Assembly (NCBI GenBank): GCA_902547695.1
Contig: CACCOR010000008.1
Span: 3,395 to 67,394, forward strand
DNA length: 64,000 nt
Source of the DNA: an uncultured SAR86 cluster bacterium
GTDB taxonomy: Bacteria; Pseudomonadota; Gammaproteobacteria; Magnimaribacterales; D2472
Reading direction: 5' to 3'
Shown: positions 27,360 to 35,780 of the stretch, in pieces
How positions within the stretch are numbered: the first letter of the stretch is position 1
How the letters are laid out: each line of letters begins with the position of its first letter
Position numbers and translations under genes: made by a program
Notes under the pieces: model-generated
Told to the model about the DNA's origin: nothing
Databases searched by the model: none
Seen by the model: only the letters and a program-made list of their open reading frames with translations

Positions 27360-27457
27360 AATTTTTCCTTATTAAAATAAATGTAACGCAAAGTTATCAT
27401 TTTTATAATGAGAAGTAAAGGTTACATAGTATAAAATAGAATAAGTTTTTAAATTAA

Positions 27458-27523
27458 ATGATGTATACTGCTAGTATGTGTGATTGTTGCAATTGCTGTG
27501 AGTGCACCTGCTGCTCAAAGTAA
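27458..27523 (+). CDS. candidate cysteine-rich micro-ORF (MMYTASMCDCCNCCECTCCSK; shorter form from ATG 27476)
   Basis: Hand translation. 9 Cys in the last 14 codons, and a locally G+C-richer TGY-periodic tract inside an otherwise AT-rich 257-bp spacer. No clear Shine-Dalgarno sequence. Confidence 0.3.
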   Translation: MMYTASMCDCCNCCECTCCSK

Positions 27524-27616
27524 ATATCAAATCTAGACAATAAGTTTTAATAATCTTTTCAAGATTACCTAATTTCTTGGATAAAGTTTCAATGAAAAGT
27601 AGATATAAAAAATAAA

Positions 27617-28258
27617 ATGAAATTACCGCTTTGGATTAAATGGATTTTTTTTAGCATAATAATTTTTACTTCTTTGGTGCTGCCACTAACTTTTTTAGAG
27701 CCATCTCTCGCGAATTATGGGGATCTTGCTCTTGAGTGGGCAGGATCTAATAAGCTTTTAATATCTTTAATAGTCATTTTAGCTTTGACAGCTGACGTTT
27801 TATTGCCTGTTCCAAATGGACTAACAAATACTTTTGCTGGAATGTCTTTGGGCTGGGGAATTTCTTCTTTTGTAGTTTGGATTGGCCTTAACATGGGCGC
27901 AATCCTGGCTTATTCCATTGGACGTTTTGCTGGAAGACCTTTGGCAAAAAAGCTGATTAGCAGCCAGGAATTTGATGAAGCTGAATCATCATTAAAGAAT
28001 TTCAATGTTATGGGATTAATTATATCTAGACCCATTCCAGGTTTTGCTGAATTGATTGCTATTACGGCTGGTCTTTCAAAAATATCTTTTAAAATTTTCC
28101 TCTTGGTAGTAAGCACAACAAATATTGCAGTTGCAATAATTTTTTCTGGTATTGGAGCGGCGGCAGTTGATAATGACTCTGCTTCTCTGGCATTTCTTGG
28201 TGTCGCTATTCTTCCAGCCGCACTATATTTTTTATACACTAAACTCAATAAAAACTAA
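27617..28258 (+). CDS. TVP38/TMEM64 (DedA-related, SNARE-associated) family membrane protein
   Basis: 213 aa polytopic protein. LPVPNGLTNTFAGMSLG...YSIGRFAGRPL pattern. Confidence 0.65.
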   Translation: MKLPLWIKWIFFSIIIFTSLVLPLTFLEPSLANYGDLALEWAGSNKLLISLIVILALTADVLLPVPNGLTNTFAGMSLGWGISSFVVWIGLNMGAILAYSIGRFAGRPLAKKLISSQEFDEAESSLKNFNVMGLIISRPIPGFAELIAITAGLSKISFKIFLLVVSTTNIAVAIIFSGIGAAAVDNDSASLAFLGVAILPAALYFLYTKLNKN

Positions 28259-28265
28259 TCGCCCT

Positions 28266-29117
28266 ATGAATCACATATTAAAGTTTTTATTATTAATACC
28301 TTTGATTATTGTATCTGATGAAATTTTAGATGTTAGTGAAATTTCATACGGTAGTGATGAAAAACAAAGAATTGATTTATATAAAGGTACATCAGATAAA
28401 GTTTTAGTTTGGATTCATGGCGGAGGGTGGCTTTATGGTGATAAAAGAGCTGAAAGGTGGATAAAAAGATTTCAAAATCACTTTGTAGATCATGAAAATT
28501 TTAATGTCTATATGGTTGGTTATAGAGTGGGCGAGGCAACAGCTCCAAATGCAGTTGACGATGTAATCTGCGCCTATAAAAAAATTATCAGTGACGCATC
28601 ACAAAGAAACTTTTCCACTGAGGACATTATTGTGGCTGGTGCTAGCGCTGGAGGGCATTTGGCACTAATGGTTGGCCTATCAGCCAATTACGAAAACACT
28701 GAGTGTGCCGAAAAAATTGCACCAAAAGCCATAATAAATATTTTTGGTATAACAGAAATTAAACAAACATCAGAATTTTTAGATAAAACAAAGTTCTTTG
28801 ATGCTTCCAATTATGTAAAGGGATGGATTGGTCCAGAGGCAAACATTGACCTAATTTCTAAAACACTTTCACCAATTAATTTATTGGATGGAATAGATCT
28901 TAATGTTTTAACAATTCATGGTACAAGTGATAGGTGGGTGCCATATGAGCAAGCATTGCTTTTAGACCAAAAATTAGGAGACCAACATCAACTTTTAACA
29001 ATTGACGGAGGTGGACATTATTATTTTTCTGAAGAGGAAGATGAAATTATTAGACAAACTATTTCATCTTTTCTAAGTTCTAATTTTAATATGTCTACCA
29101 GAGAGCAACAGGATTAA
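28266..29117 (+). CDS. secreted alpha/beta hydrolase (esterase/lipase-like)
   Basis: The start is moved to ATG 28266 (MNHILKFLLLIPLIIVS signal peptide). HGGGW oxyanion block, GASAGGHLA (GxSxG), and a C-terminal GGGH. Confidence 0.75.
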   Translation: MNHILKFLLLIPLIIVSDEILDVSEISYGSDEKQRIDLYKGTSDKVLVWIHGGGWLYGDKRAERWIKRFQNHFVDHENFNVYMVGYRVGEATAPNAVDDVICAYKKIISDASQRNFSTEDIIVAGASAGGHLALMVGLSANYENTECAEKIAPKAIINIFGITEIKQTSEFLDKTKFFDASNYVKGWIGPEANIDLISKTLSPINLLDGIDLNVLTIHGTSDRWVPYEQALLLDQKLGDQHQLLTIDGGGHYYFSEEEDEIIRQTISSFLSSNFNMSTREQQD

Positions 29118-30036
29118 TAATCATTTGTACAGCACCCTTAAGCTTTGGCTGACCTAAGACAAATAGGAATTCTGAAACATTATCTTCTGCCAATTTACCA
29201 GTATTCATAGTTTCTAATATATATATGCCATTTTCCTTGATAAGAGTAACGTGATCATAGTAAACCAAATCACCCTCAACTGGAGGAACTGCACCTAGTC
29301 CCCATGTATCGGCTCCAACAGCCATGGGATTAAGTGAAGATAAATACACAGCTGCATCATTAGTAATACCTGGTATTGTACTTCCCCATAATTCTGGAGA
29401 GCTTTTTAGATATGCATCGGTCCAGCCAGTGTGAAAGAGAATGATATCCCCATCCTTAAACTTAATATTTTGTTGTTTAGCAGCATTTTTTATATCATCT
29501 CTTGTAATTCCTTGGCCTCCTTCCATAGCAGCAATTCCGAAATATTTTGCCATGTTCACTACTACGCCTCTTCCAACTAGCGGAGGCACTTTTTCAATAC
29601 CAAATTTAGTTAAGCCAGTTATAAAAGAGAAGTCTGCACCCTTGTGACAGTTATAAAAAATATCGTCATCACCAATATGACCTAATCCATCCAGCTGAGG
29701 CCCTGTTCCAATCCACATTTGCAGAATATCATCGTTGTACGTAATGTCGTATCCAAAATCTTCAGTCGTATCTCTTCCAAAATGTTGATTTGGTTGAACT
29801 ACTTGTAATTCTGTATATCGCGGCGGGAATGATGGCATTCCAGGCTCAATAACAATACCAAGACCATGAGACATTCCTTTTTTAACAAGTTTAATTGCGT
29901 CCAATGTGTTGGCATTTGATATTAAATTAGCAGCGCCAATCTCATCATCTTTACCCCATTTAGAAACTTCGCAACCATCATCTGAGACCGCAAAGAGGGA
30001 AATAAATAAAATATAAAAAAGTGAATTACGCATCAT
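29095..30036 (-). CDS. cyclase family protein (kynurenine formamidase-like fold), exported
   Basis: 313 aa with a signal peptide. GTGPQLDGLGH and ILFHTGW blocks. Confidence 0.6.
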   Translation of the reverse strand: MMRNSLFYILFISLFAVSDDGCEVSKWGKDDEIGAANLISNANTLDAIKLVKKGMSHGLGIVIEPGMPSFPPRYTELQVVQPNQHFGRDTTEDFGYDITYNDDILQMWIGTGPQLDGLGHIGDDDIFYNCHKGADFSFITGLTKFGIEKVPPLVGRGVVVNMAKYFGIAAMEGGQGITRDDIKNAAKQQNIKFKDGDIILFHTGWTDAYLKSSPELWGSTIPGITNDAAVYLSSLNPMAVGADTWGLGAVPPVEGDLVYYDHVTLIKENGIYILETMNTGKLAEDNVSEFLFVLGQPKLKGAVQMIINPVALW

Positions 30037-30119
30037 GACCTCCTAAAACTCATAACATCATTATAAGCACAATAATCAATATATTTAAGGTAACAAAAAA
30101 ATATGATTTAATTCATAGT

Positions 30120-30566
30120 ATGAATAATAAGATACCCCCACCAATAGTTACTTTAGTATTTGGATTAGCAATTTATTTTTCTAAACCCTTATTCCCTGAC
30201 TTTAGTAATGTAATTTTGAATGTTTTAAGTTTATTTCTGATAATAGTAGGTCCACTTACTCTTATATCAGCAGCAAGATCATTTAAAGTCCAAGAAACGA
30301 CTATTAACCCTATAAATATTGACAAAGCAACCTCATTGGTTGTGTCAGGAGTTTTTAAATATTCAAGAAACCCAATGTATTTAGGGATGGTTTTAATTCT
30401 TCTTTCAATATCATTTAAATTTAATTTAATAGGAGGAATTATTCTTACTATGATATTCGCTGGCTACATAACAAAATTTCAAATCATTCCAGAAGAGATC
30501 GTAATGAATAAACTCTTTGGTGATGAATTTGAGAAATACAAAAATAAAACAAGAAGATGGATCTAA
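30120..30566 (+). CDS. isoprenylcysteine carboxyl methyltransferase / PEMT-like membrane methyltransferase
   Basis: 148 aa. GVFKYSRNPMYLG and EEIVMNKLFGDEFEKYKNKTRRW. Confidence 0.75.
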   Translation: MNNKIPPPIVTLVFGLAIYFSKPLFPDFSNVILNVLSLFLIIVGPLTLISAARSFKVQETTINPINIDKATSLVVSGVFKYSRNPMYLGMVLILLSISFKFNLIGGIILTMIFAGYITKFQIIPEEIVMNKLFGDEFEKYKNKTRRWI

Positions 30567-30570
30567 TCTA

Positions 30571-30741
30571 ATGACCTATCAAGCTCATTTGTTCGTAGCA
30601 TTAACAATAGGATTCATTGGAACAATTTTTTGTATATCTCTTTATCAGATGAATAAGGTCAAACAAGCACAAATATTTTTATTTTTAACTATTGGAATGA
30701 TGGCTTTCTGGATGTTTGTAGCTACAGGATATTTATTATAA
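30571..30741 (+). CDS. small two-TM membrane protein
   Basis: The start is moved to ATG 30571 (MTYQAHLFVALTIGF...), after the stop of the preceding gene. 56 aa. Confidence 0.4.
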   Translation: MTYQAHLFVALTIGFIGTIFCISLYQMNKVKQAQIFLFLTIGMMAFWMFVATGYLL

Positions 30742-30747
30742 ATATTT

Positions 30748-31113
30748 ATGAAAGAATATACTGGAGGCTGTCATTGTGGAGGAGTTAAATATAAATTTAA
30801 ATCAGATCAGTCAGTCGAAATTTGGAATTGCAATTGTTCCATTTGTGACATGATTAATTATCAGCACCTCTTCGTAAAGCATGAACTTTTTGAACTTATC
30901 GCTGGAGAAGATCTACTTTTAGAATATAAGTTTGAGAGCGGATCAGCAAAACACTTTTTTTGTAAAAGGTGTGGAATCAAATCCTTTTATCAACCAAGGT
31001 CTCATCCTGAAATGTATAGCATTAATCTTAAATGCGTGGATGATCCACCAGAAATTAAAGAAGTCATTTATTTTGATGGAATAAATTTTGAGGAGAGCAT
31101 AAAGAATATATGA
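30748..31113 (+). CDS. GFA family protein (glutathione-dependent formaldehyde-activating enzyme fold)
   Basis: 121 aa. GGCHCGGVKY, CNCSIC and FCKRCG zinc-cysteine pattern. Confidence 0.8.
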   Translation: MKEYTGGCHCGGVKYKFKSDQSVEIWNCNCSICDMINYQHLFVKHELFELIAGEDLLLEYKFESGSAKHFFCKRCGIKSFYQPRSHPEMYSINLKCVDDPPEIKEVIYFDGINFEESIKNI

Positions 31114-31439
31114 ATGTTTATTTAATATTGTTTTCTGCAATTTTGTTTGAAGTATTTGGAACCATGCTATTGCCTGCGTCACAAAATTTCACAAAAATTT
31201 TACCAACGACAATATTATTATTTTCATATGCCATATCATTTTACTTTTTAGCTATTGTTTCTCAAAAACTACCGCTTTCAATCGTTTATGCTTCATGGTC
31301 AGGAGTAGGTATATTTTCAATAGCAATATTGAGTTACTTTTTCTATAAACAAACCTTAAATTGGCAGACAATTGCCGGATTATTTCTTATAGTCATAGGT
31401 GTAACAATAGTTAATATTTATAAGACAGATATATATTGA
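31110..31439 (+). CDS. SMR family multidrug efflux transporter (EmrE/QacE-like)
   Basis: 109 aa, four TM helices, conserved membrane Glu in ILFEVFGT. Confidence 0.85.
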   Translation: MNVYLILFSAILFEVFGTMLLPASQNFTKILPTTILLFSYAISFYFLAIVSQKLPLSIVYASWSGVGIFSIAILSYFFYKQTLNWQTIAGLFLIVIGVTIVNIYKTDIY

Positions 31440-32311
31440 AAGATTTTTCACAAAAAGTAGCATTAATTTCTGGAGCTGGCTCTGGAATAGGCAGAGCGCT
31501 ATCAATAGAACTTGCAGATGCGGGATGTAATTTAGCACTTGTAGATTGGAACAAAGAATCCCTTGAAGAAACTAAACAGCTTTTAAGGAAAAAAAATGTC
31601 GCTGTATCAACACATAATTTTGATATTAGTGATAAAGAAAAAGTACAAGCTTTGCCTAACGAGGTTATTGAATTTCATAAACAAATAGACCTAGTATTCA
31701 ATAATGCAGGATTATCTATAGTGGGAACAGTAAATGAGGTAGATGAGAAAGATTGGAATTGGGGTTTAGATATTTTGCTTAATTCTGTAATTCAAATGAC
31801 AACGGTTTTTCTCCCTCACCTAGAAAAACGGCCTGAGGCTGCTATCATTAATACTTCCTCAATATTTGGTCTTTTTAGTGTTCCAAAACAGTCTATTTAT
31901 AATGTTGGAAAATTTGGAGTAAAGGCTTTTACAGAATCTTTGTCACTTGAGCTTGAAATCGCTGAGTCAAATGTGGAAGCTTATTGTGTTTTTCCTGGCC
32001 ACATTGGAACAGATATTTACTCTTCAGCAAAATTTAAAAGTTTTGAAAAGGATGATGCGGGCGCTGCAATATTTGGAGCAAATGCAGATACAAAAGAACA
32101 GGCAGGCATTCAATTTAAGCAAAATGCACCTTCTTCACCAGAACATGCAGCAAAAGTTATTCTTAAAAATATAAGAAAGAAAAATAAAAGGATATTGATT
32201 GGTATAGATGCACATTTTTATGATTTGATGAGCAGACTATTTCCAAAAAGCTTTTTAAAAATCATATGGATTCTCCCATTCTTGAGAAATCTTTTTAAAT
32301 CTAAAAACTAA
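31436..32311 (+). CDS. SDR family oxidoreductase
   Basis: 291 aa, TTG start overlapping the SMR stop. SGAGSGIGRA, NNAG, YNVGK catalytic motif. Confidence 0.85.
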   Translation: MKDFSQKVALISGAGSGIGRALSIELADAGCNLALVDWNKESLEETKQLLRKKNVAVSTHNFDISDKEKVQALPNEVIEFHKQIDLVFNNAGLSIVGTVNEVDEKDWNWGLDILLNSVIQMTTVFLPHLEKRPEAAIINTSSIFGLFSVPKQSIYNVGKFGVKAFTESLSLELEIAESNVEAYCVFPGHIGTDIYSSAKFKSFEKDDAGAAIFGANADTKEQAGIQFKQNAPSSPEHAAKVILKNIRKKNKRILIGIDAHFYDLMSRLFPKSFLKIIWILPFLRNLFKSKN

Positions 32312-32315
32312 CACA

Positions 32316-33155
32316 ATGATATCTTCAATAGATCATTTAATAATTGCAGTAAAAGACATTAATGATGCTGAGGAAAATTACAGGAAAATCTTTGGAATGG
32401 AGCCTGTCTGGAAAGGAGAACATAAGGCGCTAGGAACCGCTAATGTAATCTTCAATTTTAAAAATACCTATTGTGAACTTCTATCAGCAAATGGAGATGG
32501 TCTTGGAGCTGCATTGGTTAATGGCGCAATTGAAGAGCAGGGAGATGGGCTCATTGGAGTAGTTTTCGGAACAAATAATATTGAAGAGTCATTTTCTACA
32601 TTAAAGAAATCCGGTTATTTAGTAACAGAGCCAACTGAGGGTGAAGGCATTGATAATAAAACTCAAAAAATAAGAAAATGGAAAAATCTTTTTTTACCTC
32701 CGGAACTTACCAGAGGAATTTTTTCTTTTATTATAGAGCATTCAGAAGGAACACTACCAAGCTTAAACAAACACCCCAAAGCCACAATTAACAAACTCGA
32801 CCATCTTGTAATAAATACTAATGATGCAAATGGGTTTATAAATATTTATAAAGATATTTTTAATATTCGATTGGCTTTGGATAAAGTCATCGAACATTGG
32901 AAAAGTAGAATGCTTTTCTTCAGGGTTAATAAAACTACAATCGAAGTTATTGAACGAAAAAATGAAGATGATTCTCAAGACAGTCTTTGGGGGTTAGCAT
33001 GGGAAGTTGAATCAATTGAGGAGGCTTATAAAAGACTCATAAGTGAGGGCGTTGACGTTACTCCAATAAAAGAGGGACTGAAAGAAAATACTTTAGTGGC
33101 TACCATTAAGTCTCATACTCACAATGTTCCAACTCTGTTAATAGAACATACTTAA
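32316..33155 (+). CDS. VOC (glyoxalase/bleomycin-resistance/dioxygenase) family protein, two-domain
   Basis: 279 aa. IDHLIIAVKD and LDHLVINTND start two repeated beta-alpha-beta-beta-beta modules. Confidence 0.65.
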   Translation: MISSIDHLIIAVKDINDAEENYRKIFGMEPVWKGEHKALGTANVIFNFKNTYCELLSANGDGLGAALVNGAIEEQGDGLIGVVFGTNNIEESFSTLKKSGYLVTEPTEGEGIDNKTQKIRKWKNLFLPPELTRGIFSFIIEHSEGTLPSLNKHPKATINKLDHLVINTNDANGFINIYKDIFNIRLALDKVIEHWKSRMLFFRVNKTTIEVIERKNEDDSQDSLWGLAWEVESIEEAYKRLISEGVDVTPIKEGLKENTLVATIKSHTHNVPTLLIEHT

Positions 33156-34063
33156 TGAAACTCATAATAGGTGCCTTACTTGCTTTTTTTTCAATCTTTT
33201 TAGGATCTCCTTTAATAGCATTAGTAATGGGGTTATTACTGGTGCTCGTTTTTAAATTTCCAAGTGATTATATTAGTAAATCAGTTACTACAAATCTTTT
33301 GCAAGTTGGGATAATTTTAATTGGTCTTACGATATCGGCATCAAGCGCTACAGAAATAGCTTTTAAATATTTTCCTTACATATCTGCCTTCGTAATAATA
33401 ATTTTTTTTATTGGCTTGTTTCTAGCAAATCTATTTAAAGTTGATAGAAGCTTAGGAATATTAATCGCTTCTGGAACTGCTATATGTGGCGCCACCGCAA
33501 TGGCAGCAATTTCACCTTTAATTAAATCAAAGCCAAAAGATTTATTCGCTGCATTAACAATAATTTTTGTATTTAACGCTATAGCAATTGGAATATTTCC
33601 TTTAATCGGAGTAACAACCGGTATGAATTTTGAAAGCTTTGGAGCATGGTCTTCAATGGCTGTTCACGATACAGCTTCTGTTATAGGGACAGCAATAGCC
33701 TTTGGAGGTGATGCAGTTGAGACAGCAACAATACTTAAACTTAGCAGAACTATTTGGTTGATACCTTTAATTATAATCTTAGGAATTTTTTATCAAGATA
33801 GATCAAAACCTAAACTCCCGATTTTTATTTTATTATTTATTATTGCCATAGCTTTAGGGACTATTCTTGAGTTCAATCAAGATACAATTTTTTTCATAGA
33901 CTCAATTAGTAAGATTTTTTTAATCTCAGCCCTTTTTTGTATTGGAACTCAAATAACATTTGAAGCTATTAAAGAAATAAATTTGAAGAATTTTTTATTT
34001 GCATTGATTTTATGGATAATCGCATTAGTGTTTTCATATTTAATAATTAATTTATTTATATAA
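33155..34063 (+). CDS. YeiH / UPF0324 family putative sulfate exporter
   Basis: 302 aa polytopic protein. ASGTAICGATAMAA signature. Confidence 0.6.
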   Translation: MKLIIGALLAFFSIFLGSPLIALVMGLLLVLVFKFPSDYISKSVTTNLLQVGIILIGLTISASSATEIAFKYFPYISAFVIIIFFIGLFLANLFKVDRSLGILIASGTAICGATAMAAISPLIKSKPKDLFAALTIIFVFNAIAIGIFPLIGVTTGMNFESFGAWSSMAVHDTASVIGTAIAFGGDAVETATILKLSRTIWLIPLIIILGIFYQDRSKPKLPIFILLFIIAIALGTILEFNQDTIFFIDSISKIFLISALFCIGTQITFEAIKEINLKNFLFALILWIIALVFSYLIINLFI

Positions 34064-34074
34064 CTGGAGAGAAT

Positions 34075-34476
34075 ATGTTTAGTCATGTAATGGTAGGTAC
34101 AAATAATATAGAAGAGTCACGAATCTTTTATGACAAAATATTTGAGGTTCTCGGAGGAGGACCAGGAAAACTATATCCAAATCTCACGGGACAAAAAAGA
34201 TATTTTTATAACTTAGAGGGAACGAGTTTTTGTATTACTGAGCCAATTGATGGCAAGCCTGCAACAGTTTCAAATGGAGCAACTGTGGGATTTAATATTG
34301 AAAATATTGAACAAGGTGATGCATGGCACAAAGCAGGAATAGAAAATGGAGGCACCTCTATTGAGGAAGAGCCAGGTATTCGAGATTATGGAAAATTTAA
34401 AATGTATCTAGCTTATTTAAGAGATCCAACTGGAAATAAGTTATGCGCAGGGCTTTTAATTAAAAAGACTTTATAA
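34075..34476 (+). CDS. VOC family protein (single domain)
   Basis: 133 aa. FSHVMVGTNN start and YLRDPTGNKL end. Confidence 0.7.
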   Translation: MFSHVMVGTNNIEESRIFYDKIFEVLGGGPGKLYPNLTGQKRYFYNLEGTSFCITEPIDGKPATVSNGATVGFNIENIEQGDAWHKAGIENGGTSIEEEPGIRDYGKFKMYLAYLRDPTGNKLCAGLLIKKTL

Positions 34477-34918
34477 TAGTTTTTATCCCACTAATAATAC
34501 TTGGATTTCCTTCAAAACACTTTATTGACTCATCAGGCTTATTCCAGTTATTTGCAGATTTTGTAAAAAAATTAGAATCAATTGTTACCCAGCTCGAATC
34601 ATCAAGGGTTCCTGCTTTCACATAAAAAATTCTAGAGATTTCTTTTGCATAACTTAGAATGCCTGAACCACAATTTGGGCAAAAGCCTCTTCTAACATGA
34701 GAACCAGAAGAGCCTTTACTCTCAAAGAATTTAAGCTCGCCATTTAAATCAACGTATTTTTTTGCAATAAACAAAATTGTCGCTTTGCCTGAACCTGTTG
34801 TTCTTTGACAATCTTTGCAGTGACAATGATGGGCAGATATAACCTTATTCTTATCTAGAGTATAAGTAATGTTTCCGCATTGACACCTACCAGACTCAAA
34901 ATTAGGTTCTTTTTTCAT
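34460..34918 (-). CDS. GFA family protein
   Basis: 152 aa. RCQCGNITY, HCHCKDCQRTTGSG, FCPNCGS. Confidence 0.8.
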   Translation of the reverse strand: MKKEPNFESGRCQCGNITYTLDKNKVISAHHCHCKDCQRTTGSGKATILFIAKKYVDLNGELKFFESKGSSGSHVRRGFCPNCGSGILSYAKEISRIFYVKAGTLDDSSWVTIDSNFFTKSANNWNKPDESIKCFEGNPSIISGIKTIIKSF

Positions 34919-35349
34919 AAAAGAAGATAAACTCCAAGGTCAACCATAAAATAAAATCCAGCTAAAAATCCAATAGCCCAAGGTATGCTTCTTGGACTTG
35001 GATTTCTTTCAGTTGCTATTTTGTAGTACAAAATCATATGAGCAATTCTTGCTAGAGCATATATCCATATTATTATTGAAAGCTTTAGTGGACCATAGCC
35101 TGAAAACATTGCTAAAAATGCCATACCTAATATTGGAACAATATTTTCAAGAGAATTCTGAAATGTCCTATGGCTTCTAAATACGAATGACGATTGACCC
35201 AATTCAGGCTTAACTATTCCAGGACTGTATCCTCCTTTCTGTCTTCGATGAACTCTAACCGCTACAATTGCTTGAATAACCATGGTTGCTAACATCAACC
35301 AAATACCTAAAAGCGAAGAGTGATAAACATCGAACATTTTTGACCCCAA
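34915..35349 (-). CDS. MAPEG family protein (membrane glutathione S-transferase-like)
   Basis: 144 aa, four TM helices. HRTFQNSLENIVP and ARIAHMILY blocks. Confidence 0.7.
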   Translation of the reverse strand: MGSKMFDVYHSSLLGIWLMLATMVIQAIVAVRVHRRQKGGYSPGIVKPELGQSSFVFRSHRTFQNSLENIVPILGMAFLAMFSGYGPLKLSIIIWIYALARIAHMILYYKIATERNPSPRSIPWAIGFLAGFYFMVDLGVYLLL

Positions 35350-35418
35350 TAAATTTGTTTTGTTTTATCAATTATAGTCATAATATGACAACGAAGGTTA
35401 TAAATTATATTGTTTTAA

Positions 35419-35778
35419 ATGAGCTCTATTTATAAAGTTTTAACGGAAGAAGAGTGGAAACATGCAATCTCCCTTGGTTATGTAGTAACCAAGTTAGATA
35501 ATGATGATGGCTTTATACATTTATCAACATCAAAACAGCTTGCTTTGACACTTCATTTATATTTCAAAAACTCTAAGAAAGTTATTTTGTTAGAAATAGA
35601 TCAAGATTCCATTAAAGATGAAATAGTTTTTGAAGATGCTAAATCAGGCAGCAGATTAGGAAAATTTCCACATCTTTATGGTAAATTACTCATACAAAAT
35701 GTTAAAAAAGACTGGACGCTAAAGAGAAATAGTTTTGATTTGCCTAAAAAGGTTTTAGAGGAATCAGAAGAACAATAA
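35419..35778 (+). CDS. DUF952 domain protein
   Basis: 119 aa. IYKVLTEEEW, DGFIHLST, FPHLYG. Confidence 0.65.
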   Translation: MSSIYKVLTEEEWKHAISLGYVVTKLDNDDGFIHLSTSKQLALTLHLYFKNSKKVILLEIDQDSIKDEIVFEDAKSGSRLGKFPHLYGKLLIQNVKKDWTLKRNSFDLPKKVLEESEEQ

Positions 35779-35780
35779 AT

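Noticed and set aside
28152-28265. Long N-terminal extension of the esterase ORF
   Set aside because: It overlaps the TVP38 gene by more than 100 nt. The internal ATG at 28266 gives a normal signal peptide straight after the upstream stop.
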